Shown here piece after piece: positions 50,201 through 56,921 of a stretch of 64,000 nt of DNA. The translations under genes were made by a program, and so were the position numbers. Source of the DNA: an uncultured Chloroflexia bacterium (lineage in GTDB: Bacteria; Chloroflexota; Limnocylindria; Limnocylindrales; CSP1-4). The notes under the pieces were generated by a model. The model was given only the letters and a program-made list of their open reading frames with translations. It had not been told where the DNA came from and did not search any database. Within the stretch, counting starts at the first letter, position 1. Each line of letters begins with the position of its first letter. The stretch spans positions 1-64,000 of the forward strand of contig CAVTHS010000011.1 of NCBI GenBank assembly GCA_963734535.1, read 5' to 3'.

Positions 50201-50517
50201 GGATCAGGCGAGGGGCTCGCGATCGGATCAGGCGAGGGGCTCGCGATCGGATCGGGCGAGGGGCTCGCGATCGGATCAGGCGAGGGGCTCGCGATCGGAT
50301 CAGGCGAGGGGCTCGCGATCGGATCAGGCGAGGGGCTCGCGATCGGATCAGGCGAGGGGCTCGCGATCGGATCGGGCGAGGCGGAGGCATCCGGCGTGAG
50401 CGCAAGCACCGACGCGGCGTTGTTCGGAACGTACGCGAGCAGGAGCGTCCCAAGGAGCATCGCTGCCGCGGAGAGTGTCCTGGCGCGATGACCCACCGAG
50501 CGGTGCGTCTGCCTCAT
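47230..50517 (-). CDS. large secreted multiheme cytochrome c (7 CxxCH + 1 CxxxCH) with repeat stalk and duplicated beta-rich domains
   Basis: Signal peptide, (SPSPDPIA)9, two 131-aa domains; CAFCH, CFRCH, CADCH, CLKCH, CANCH, CYMCH, CAECH, CTLTCH. Confidence 0.9.
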   Translation of the reverse strand: MRQTHRSVGHRARTLSAAAMLLGTLLLAYVPNNAASVLALTPDASASPDPIASPSPDPIASPSPDPIASPSPDPIASPSPDPIASPSPDPIASPSPDPIASPSPDPIASPSPDPIASPSPAPNPAATVRLHLTTDAPAEGRHRIDPGTQLRVTVGFTTAEDQPASSLNVVIPAGWSIVDAGGGTYDGNLERIVWDLDPVGADISVDRSVVLRAPTSSPVDGGLDFAATFASSLEVAGALAIGPSATIFVAPAPNPAATVRLHLTTDAPAEGRHRIDPGTQLRVTVGFTTAEDQPASSLNVVIPAGWSIVDAGGGTYDGNLERIVWDLDPVGADISVDRSVVLRAPTSSPVDGGLDFAATFASSLEVAGALAIGPSATIFVAPLVEIEHSTVGEVADLSLTPTYMPEDEPLANVRRFSMVRIRFQVRNEGDRPVTISPRLEYRPKCGTAFVAVPSGESVIGMGFYVGPEWVSSGVPGGGSRLGPDADTISVGTIRSRDTSDASQVRTVGRHSMGPNPAGPLTLPAMSYTEVEFTIRPTTDAQYLESYEFRITDAGTALIGAVAATLHMGAEPPLLESPVQNPGVSVGPAPNLDPALAYRLAQPGSTQSTAPGLQPVGPAGGLPIGLAPDTSPDLRYRLVQPGSLFGLPAAAATASAVGSTRYVLVAPAAPGGMALDIHGPYGMAADQCAFCHSTHTAQGTASLVVSSLPQSSLCFRCHDTLGSGATSKVQSQYTDPLVPQNSPATGSYYRHDALAGGSGHTLATDVEFGGVSNRHNECADCHDPHAASGAPSIQTTQGWTAPGELTGVTGVSVTNGAANSAPGYAFLDGSTGKTTLEYQLCLKCHSGSTVLPAKDPQHPSWWAEDKGIELNPANGSFHPIEAPGKNATAAMANSLAGTSPYKLWSFTTGSTIRCANCHGDSRKFNTTSPPAPGSDLAPHANQYRGDLMQNYRDRDLKPFTEPYRSADFALCYMCHAEAPFTDASGKTRTDTNFRYHGLHVIGIRNRGLVDGTIDTPEAGRGDAICAECHFRIHSNSFAGDFRTSPSPSQSGTNAGLVNFAPNVTGNIGSVDWTRAGTQTGTCTLTCHGKNHEDESY
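49373..50160. repeat. in-frame tandem duplication, period 393 bp (2 copies, apparently identical)
   Basis: 49373-49767 matches 49766-50160. Confidence 0.92.
50159..50374. repeat. 24-bp coding tandem repeat x9 (GGCGAGGGGCTCGCGATCGGATCA)
   Basis: Nine contiguous units with no spacers; units 4 and 9 end in G; encodes SPSPDPIA on the minus strand. Confidence 0.95.
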
Positions 50518-50691
50518 GAGCGGGTTCCGACCGCTGGTTCGCCGGGGACGTCTGTTTCGGTCAGCCAGGCGACGCCCAGAGGCGGAACGACCAACGAGAT
50601 CCCCAGCCGCGCGAGGCGCGCGGGAGATCGAGGATTCTCGCACCGCTGGCTGGTTGATCGCATCTCGAAGCTCAATTCCTGGAGGTCTGGC

Positions 50692-50727
50692 CCGATCGGG
50701 GCCGCCGTGGTGGACGACCCCGATCGG
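50692..50727 (-). terminator. stem-loop immediately downstream of the OmcS-like gene
   Basis: CCGATCGGGG...CCCCGATCGG 10-bp perfect stem, 13 nt past the stop. Confidence 0.65.
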
Positions 50728-50740
50728 TGGCCTTCAAGGA

Positions 50741-52108
50741 TTACGGGAAGTTGACCGGCGCAGTCCCCTGCGGTAGCGGGGTTGTGCCCGTGTTGGCGCT
50801 GCCCTTCGTCGGGTCGTGACACAGCTCGCAGATCCCGCGGTTGTCAACCTTGAGGAGGCGGCTGTCGCCGACGGCCGTCGAGCCATCGGGATACGGAACG
50901 TTGGCCGAGTACTGGGTCGTGCTCGAGCCGGTGTTCATGACGGCGTTCGAGCCATGCGCGACGTGGCAGGTCGTGCAGGTTCGGTTCTTGGCGGTCGTGT
51001 GGCGATACATGTAGATCGCATCGCCTGAAGCCACGCTCCGCGAGCCCGAGGGCGCCAGGTAGCGGGTGTGGCATTGCGAGCACCAGTTCGTCATCTGGAC
51101 GTTGAACCCAAGTGGGTCCGCGCTGTTCCAGGCGGCGCTGCCGCTGGCGGACGTGTTCGGCCTCGCGTTAGGAGCGTCGTAGGAGGTTGTGCCGGTGGCG
51201 TTGTACGGGACGTTCTTGTGCAGATAGTCGCCGGACGCGGCCGCGTAGTCCCCGGCGATCCCGTTGAAGGTTCCCGCGGTCCGAGCTGCGAGCACCTGGT
51301 CTGCGTAGAGCAGGTACGTCGATTCGGTTCCGGGGGTGCCGTTCACCTGGATCACGGTGTAGTTGCGGGTCTTGGCCGGGTCGAACGTGGCATCAGTCAC
51401 GTTCACGGCGGCCGCCGCCAGGGTCGTCCCCGTCGTGGCGTCACCGTTGGCGTCCGGGATCCCCTGTAGGATCCGGTAGTTTCCATTCCCATGCGGATTG
51501 TGGCAGGCCGTGCACTCCATCTCGGAGGCGAGATCGCCGCCGGCGCCGGTGCTTCCATCGCCATTCCCGAGGGCACCGCTGCCCCAGACGATGTTCTTCG
51601 AGGTGAGCCCGTTCCCACCGGTCCCGGCGATCGCGATGTGGGCTGAGGTCACCTTGGCTCCCGCGGCCGAAGTGTTCGCCACGGGGACCTTTGCGTTCGA
51701 GACGCCGCCGGTGTTGCTGACGAGTCGATAGGCGGCACCCGAGCCGATGTAGGCCGTGATGAAGCCGCCGCCGCGGAGGGCTCCGACGACGGTGCTCTTG
51801 TCGCGGGCGACCCCGCTCAGGTTGTACTGGACACCGCTGTCGACGTCGGTTGCCGCGCCGGTCCCGGAAGCCCCATGGCAGGAGCGGCAGTATTCCGTGA
51901 CGGTCGCCTCGCTCGAGACGAGGAGGTAGCCCGTCGGGCTCTTCGACGTGTGGAGGCGATGGCACGCGGCGCAGCCATCGGCCGTGATCCCGCCGGTGGA
52001 TCCGTTGTTGAACTTCATGACGTGCGGCCCACCGTCGGCGGCGGCAGGCAATGCGGCGAGGATCAGCCAGACGGCGCCGCCCACGAACAAGAGCGCCAGT
52101 CGTCTCAC
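50741..52108 (-). CDS. secreted hexaheme cytochrome c, OmcS-like (nanowire/cell-surface cytochrome candidate)
   Basis: Strong RBS AAAGGAGGTGA + GTG; signal peptide ..PAAA; CAACHRLH, CRSCH, GGGF, CTACHNPHG..YRIL, MTNWCSQCH..RH, CTTCHVAHGS, CELCH. Confidence 0.85.
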   Translation of the reverse strand: MRRLALLFVGGAVWLILAALPAAADGGPHVMKFNNGSTGGITADGCAACHRLHTSKSPTGYLLVSSEATVTEYCRSCHGASGTGAATDVDSGVQYNLSGVARDKSTVVGALRGGGFITAYIGSGAAYRLVSNTGGVSNAKVPVANTSAAGAKVTSAHIAIAGTGGNGLTSKNIVWGSGALGNGDGSTGAGGDLASEMECTACHNPHGNGNYRILQGIPDANGDATTGTTLAAAAVNVTDATFDPAKTRNYTVIQVNGTPGTESTYLLYADQVLAARTAGTFNGIAGDYAAASGDYLHKNVPYNATGTTSYDAPNARPNTSASGSAAWNSADPLGFNVQMTNWCSQCHTRYLAPSGSRSVASGDAIYMYRHTTAKNRTCTTCHVAHGSNAVMNTGSSTTQYSANVPYPDGSTAVGDSRLLKVDNRGICELCHDPTKGSANTGTTPLPQGTAPVNFP

Positions 52109-52243
52109 TGTCTCACCTCCTTTCGCTAGTGCTACGGAACTCCAGTAGTCGCCCGCCCTGCGGGTGTCGGCGTGGGCCGATGGCCAACCTTCCTTTCCTT
52201 CAATGACTGGATTCACAGCCCATCAGCGCAGGTCCGGACCTGC

Positions 52244-53362
52244 TCAGTAGGTCCAAACCTGGATCCGGTTGTTGCGCCAATCGGCCACGTAGACACGTGA
52301 GCGGCCGTCCACGGCGACGGCGTTGGGCAGCTTGAAGCCGCCATCCCCCGAGCCCCCCTCGCCGAACGCGCCGATGTTCTGGGGGCGGGCGTCGCCTGCC
52401 GCGAGCACGTGGTAGACCTGCACGCCCTGGAGAGAGAGGTCGGCGACGAAGACGCGGCCCGAATCGTCGATCGCCGTTCCGCGTGGCAGCCCGAGGTTCC
52501 CGGCTCCCGCGCCGCGCCCGATGACGCCAAGCTGGCTGCCATCTCGGCCGAACACGACGAGCCGTCCGTTGTTGCTGTCCGCCACGTAGACGTTGCCGCT
52601 CGCGTCGACAGCCACGCTATTCGGGAAGCTGAACTCGTTCGCGCTCCCGAAGGTCTGGATGAACCTGCCGTCGGGCGCGAACTCATGGACAGCCTGGAAC
52701 GGTGCCCCGACGCTCGTGACGAAGAGGTCCCCCTTCGTGTCGAACGCCAGGCCGAGCGGTGCCCAACCCGTGAGGTCGGGCCCGGGGTCGAAGGCTCGCA
52801 GGTAGGTTCCGTCGGCCGAGTAGATGTAGATGGTCGCTGCGGGCCGGTCGCTCACATAGACATCGCCGTTCGTCGGGTTGACCGCAACGTAGACGGGAAC
52901 GTGGGTGCCGCCCGCAGTTGTCGGTGCCCTGAGCGAGCCGACCACGCTGCCGGATCCGTCGAACACGACGACCTGTGGGTCGCCTTCGGTCTGCGTGGCG
53001 TAGATCCGGCTTCCGTCGGCGTTCACGGCCACGCCTGTCGGGGCGACCACGTCGTAGATGCTGTACGAGTAGTGCGGCACCGCCTCGATGGTGATCCCTG
53101 GCAATGGGAGCTCGGCGATCGGCTTCCGGTTGAGGAGGTACCAGCCTCCGATCGTCAGTAGAGCGACAGTTGCGGCCAGAAGAAGGAAGAGGAGCACGAT
53201 CCGTCGGCGCCGGGCGCGCTCGGGCGACGCCTCGCCCCCGGGAGCGACGTCGCCGTGGGGCGCGCCGTCGTCTTCGGGAGCATCTGCGTCGGCGGGGATC
53301 GAGGGTCCCAGCACGGAGCCGTCGATCGATGTCATTCCCTGTGCCGTGACTTCACTGGTCAT
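52244..53362 (-). CDS. membrane-anchored NHL-repeat beta-propeller protein
   Basis: One TM; repeats P.GVAV/PNSVAVD..GNVYVADS.N.R, GGFKLPNAVAVD..VYVADW.NNRIQV. Confidence 0.92.
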   Translation of the reverse strand: MTSEVTAQGMTSIDGSVLGPSIPADADAPEDDGAPHGDVAPGGEASPERARRRRIVLLFLLLAATVALLTIGGWYLLNRKPIAELPLPGITIEAVPHYSYSIYDVVAPTGVAVNADGSRIYATQTEGDPQVVVFDGSGSVVGSLRAPTTAGGTHVPVYVAVNPTNGDVYVSDRPAATIYIYSADGTYLRAFDPGPDLTGWAPLGLAFDTKGDLFVTSVGAPFQAVHEFAPDGRFIQTFGSANEFSFPNSVAVDASGNVYVADSNNGRLVVFGRDGSQLGVIGRGAGAGNLGLPRGTAIDDSGRVFVADLSLQGVQVYHVLAAGDARPQNIGAFGEGGSGDGGFKLPNAVAVDGRSRVYVADWRNNRIQVWTY

Positions 53363-53363
53363 G

Positions 53364-54338
53364 TCAGCCACCGCTCGTCGTGCCGGAGGAGGGCGACGCG
53401 GCCGGGCTGCCGGATGGCACGCCACCCACCCGGGCCAGGCCCGTGTTCGCGGCGAAGTTCTGCGGATCCTGTGTCAGCACTCGGCTGTAGGCGTCGACCG
53501 CGGCGGCCGCGTCGTTCTGGACCTCGGCGACGAGCCCGAGGCCGATGAGCGCGTCGACCGCGTAGGTTCCCGACGTCAGGGGTCCGAGCTTCGCCCGGGC
53601 GTCGTCGGGACGCTTCTCGCACAGGGCAACCATCCCGCCCGCGTACTGGGCACCGGCGAGGTCACCCAGCGACGTGTAGGCCGTCTCCATCTGCGCGTAC
53701 GGTTCGCACCAGTCGACCGGAACGAGCGCGGTCGCCTGGCGGAGCGCGGCCACGGCACGCTTCGGTTCACCTGCCTGCATGAGCGCCGTGCCGAGGAGAT
53801 TGAGGGCGTCCGCGTCGGTCCTCTTGATCAAGATCGCCTTGGAGAGCGAGATGACCGCATCCTTGGGCTGGCCCTTCTTCACCTGGATGACGCCCAGGCT
53901 GAAGTAGGCGGACTCGAGTTGGGGGTCCACGTTCGCCATCTCCCCGCCCACCGCCGCATCGATGACCTTCGTGAAGTCCGCCGCGGCGGCATCGAGCTTG
54001 CTGAGGGCGATCTCGGCGCTGCCCCGGCCGAGGAGGGCCGCGTTGGAATCGGGTGCGGCCTTCAGGATCTCGTCGTACTGGGAAACGGAGTCAGCGAACC
54101 GACCTTTCTTCATGTACGCGGCCGCGAGGGTGAGCCGGGCATTCAGGAGGTTCGGGTTTCCGGTCAGCGCCTCCTCCGCGACCTGGATGTCACGGTCGAC
54201 GATTCCCGGACCCGGGGTGCGGTACTGGTCCAGGACGTAGAGGACTCCGACCAGCGGGATCCCGATCACCAGGATCATCGTCAGGCTGACGATCAAACGG
54301 TTGAGTGACCTGTTGGGCAGGGACGTGACCCGGAGCAT
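53364..54338 (-). CDS. membrane-anchored tetratricopeptide repeat protein
   Basis: N-terminal TM; multiple TPRs (ARLTLAAAY, ALLGRG, AYFSLG, ALNLLG). Confidence 0.88.
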   Translation of the reverse strand: MLRVTSLPNRSLNRLIVSLTMILVIGIPLVGVLYVLDQYRTPGPGIVDRDIQVAEEALTGNPNLLNARLTLAAAYMKKGRFADSVSQYDEILKAAPDSNAALLGRGSAEIALSKLDAAAADFTKVIDAAVGGEMANVDPQLESAYFSLGVIQVKKGQPKDAVISLSKAILIKRTDADALNLLGTALMQAGEPKRAVAALRQATALVPVDWCEPYAQMETAYTSLGDLAGAQYAGGMVALCEKRPDDARAKLGPLTSGTYAVDALIGLGLVAEVQNDAAAAVDAYSRVLTQDPQNFAANTGLARVGGVPSGSPAASPSSGTTSGG

Positions 54339-54562
54339 GTTGTGCACCTGCTGCTGCAACCTGAACGCGAGGCGTTGCGGCCGAGGGCGCACCCGCAGGC
54401 ACACCCCACCGGGTTCAATGGTGGTTGGCGGGCGTGCGGGTTCCAATCCGCCGGGGGGTAGAACATCGATACAGCCGGGCGGTCGTGTCGGCCCGGGGGG
54501 CATGTATCGCCCGGACGATGTATCCGCCGCCGCGCCGCGCCGGGCCGCCGCCAGCGCCCGCG

Positions 54563-55102
54563 TCAGGCGGCGGGGCGGGGCGTCGAGAAGTCCGCGGGGA
54601 CCTCGAGCTCGATCGGGCCGTCCGTCTCCCGGACGCCGAACCGGTCGAGCGGTCGCGGGGGCGGGCCCGAGATCACCGAGCCGTCGATGCGAAAGAAGCC
54701 CTTGTGGCAGAGGCAGGCGAACGAGGCCTGGTCGGTCCAGTCGTAGGCGCACCGCGCATGCGTGCAGCGGGGGTCGAACGCGACGAGATCGCCGGCGCTC
54801 CGGCGAACGAGCCATGCCGATCCTGCGACAGTGGCGCCGCCGACGGTCCCGGCGAAGCGGACGGGGACTGGCTGATCAGGGATCAGCCCGGACGGGTCGA
54901 CGTCCGCGCGCACCCATCCGCCGGGCGCGGAGACGGCCGCCGATCCGCACGCATCGAGCAGGACGATGCCGGCGACGGTCGACCCGATGACGGCGAGTGC
55001 CCGGCGCCGGCTGATCGGGGCGGCCAGCGGAAGACCGCGGGGGACCGTCTCGGGCGGGGCCGCGTCAAGCCCGGCGGCGTCGCGCGGAGCCCTGTCGTCC
55101 AT
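54563..55102 (-). CDS. Rieske 2Fe-2S protein with Tat/lipoprotein signal
   Basis: SRRRAL, LDAC, CTHARC and CLCHKGFF..DG.VISGPPPRPL. Confidence 0.9.
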   Translation of the reverse strand: MDDRAPRDAAGLDAAPPETVPRGLPLAAPISRRRALAVIGSTVAGIVLLDACGSAAVSAPGGWVRADVDPSGLIPDQPVPVRFAGTVGGATVAGSAWLVRRSAGDLVAFDPRCTHARCAYDWTDQASFACLCHKGFFRIDGSVISGPPPRPLDRFGVRETDGPIELEVPADFSTPRPAA

Positions 55103-55628
55103 GGCCGGGATCGTACGCCTGCGCGTCAGGGGGTCGGAACCGCCGCCTACGCGAATACGATGCGGGCTGCGAGGGTGCCGTCCACGGTCGACGGCCCATC
55201 TCTCTTGCCGTCCCACTCCCGGGACCGTGCTCCCGTATCAGTGCCAGTGTTAGCGAACACAACGGCCGCATTCCCAGTGCCCGGAGCTACCCCGAGACGA
55301 CGCGTCTCCTGGTCCTCGGCGCGGCGATCTCCCTCGACTCGAGCGTGAACCCATCTGCGCAGGTCCCGGGAGCAGCGCCGGAGCCCGTCCCCTGGCTCGA
55401 ACCGCCCGGAGCCGAACCGGAATCGTATCGGCGAATGATGGGAGTGATACGGCGGCGGCCCGGGTCCCGACCGGTCGCGCAGTGAAGCCGCGCCGCGCCG
55501 GGTTGAAGGCTCGCGCCGCGCCGACGGCCCGCGCCGTGCTGAAGGCCCGCGTAACGCCGCGCCGACGGCGCCGGGCGGAAGCCGCTCGTCCGTCGGCTTC
55601 ACTTGCCTCGGCAGGGTCCCGGCGATCC

Positions 55629-56000
55629 TCAGCCGACCACGGGGAGGGGAGCAACCAGGCGACGGTCGCCCAGACAGGCGCCGACGATCCGGTCGATCAG
55701 GGACTCGGGGTCCGTCGAGATCTCCTCGCGGCGGATCGACCACGCCTGCGACGTGCTCATGCTCACGTCGACGATCGCCCGGCAGCGGCTGCCTCGAAGG
55801 ACGTCGAGGAGCCCGACCGGTCCGCCTTCCTCCAGCACCACGACGTCGGGATCGGCTGCGATCGCCCGCTCCATCGCGTCCGGGTCGCACATCGAGATCC
55901 GTTCCACGTGGAGGTCGGGAACGGAGGCCATGAGTGCGCTGAGCCCTTCGCCGAGGAGCGGATGGTCGTAGAGGACGAGAACGCGGACTGGGTCCGCCAT
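55629..56000 (-). CDS. stand-alone receiver-like protein (atypical)
   Basis: VRVLVLYDHPLLGEGL...PDVVVLE resembles a NarL receiver N-terminus; no HTH. Confidence 0.6.
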   Translation of the reverse strand: MADPVRVLVLYDHPLLGEGLSALMASVPDLHVERISMCDPDAMERAIAADPDVVVLEEGGPVGLLDVLRGSRCRAIVDVSMSTSQAWSIRREEISTDPESLIDRIVGACLGDRRLVAPLPVVG

Positions 56001-56219
56001 GGCCCGGGCTCCTGCGATGGGCGATCCCCCACTGGTCTCGCTCGGCCGCGATCGTACGAAGGGCAACGACGAGCTGCCATCCGCCCGAGGGCACAATTCA
56101 GGGGCCATCCGGTCTACCGAACGGCACCGAACGGCACACGATCGACAGGGGTGCGTCCCTCCGGCCCGCCCTGTCTGCCGGCCCACCCTCCCGGACCTGC
56201 CCGCCGGCGCCGGGCGGCC

Positions 56220-56921
56220 TCAGGTTCGGTGGGGATTCGACGGCCGCGGCGCGGACAGGCCCTGGGCGACCGTGAACGCGGCCGCCTGCGTCCGGTTGGA
56301 CAGGTGAAGCTTCTCGAGCGTGTTGTGGACGTGGTTCTTGACCGTGCCCTCGGTGATCGTCAGCTGGTTGGCGATCTCCTTGTTCGAGAGGCCGGCCGAC
56401 ACCAGCTGGAGGATCTCGGTCTCGCGCCTGGTGAGCGCCGTCTCGCCTTCCCCCGGGGTGGTCGAGGCATGTGCGCGCGGCGGCCCCTCGCGCAGCGCGT
56501 CGAGCAGCTTGTGGGCGATCGCGGGTGCGATCGGCGCCTCGCCGCGCATCACGCCGCGGAGGTCGTCGAACAGGACCTCCGGCCGGATGTTCTTCAGCAG
56601 GTAGCCGTTCGCCCCTGCCCGGATCGCGTCGAAGAGGTCGTCATCCTCCTCGGAGATCGTGAGCATGACGATCTTCGTGGGGTAGCCCGCCCCGCGGATC
56701 GCGCGGACGCCGTCCACGCCGCTCGCAACGGGCATGTTGACGTCCATCACGACGACGTCCGGCTCGAGTGTCCGCACGCGTTCGAGCGCCTCCATCCCGG
56801 TGTCGGCCTCGCCGACGACGGTCATGTCGACCTGGGCGTTGAGGAGTCCGGCGAGCGCCTTGCGAAAGAGCGGCTGGTCGTCAACCACCAGCACGCGCAG
56901 CGTCGGGGGCGTGTGCGGCAC
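56220..56921 (-). CDS. NarL/LuxR-family response regulator (canonical)
   Basis: VLVVDDQP, PDVVVMDVNMP, GANGYLLK, LTRRETEIL..GLSNKEIA...TVKNHV. Confidence 0.95.
   Translation of the reverse strand: MPHTPPTLRVLVVDDQPLFRKALAGLLNAQVDMTVVGEADTGMEALERVRTLEPDVVVMDVNMPVASGVDGVRAIRGAGYPTKIVMLTISEEDDDLFDAIRAGANGYLLKNIRPEVLFDDLRGVMRGEAPIAPAIAHKLLDALREGPPRAHASTTPGEGETALTRRETEILQLVSAGLSNKEIANQLTITEGTVKNHVHNTLEKLHLSNRTQAAAFTVAQGLSAPRPSNPHRT

Noticed and set aside
50159-50374. 24-bp repeat array as a CRISPR array
   Set aside because: Units are contiguous with no unique spacers, lie in frame within a CDS, and there are no cas genes nearby.
47230-52108. Catalytic multiheme enzymes (NrfA, HAO, octaheme tetrathionate/nitrite reductase)
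   Set aside because: No CxxCK motif; abundant distal His and the motif order fit bis-His electron-transfer cytochromes better.
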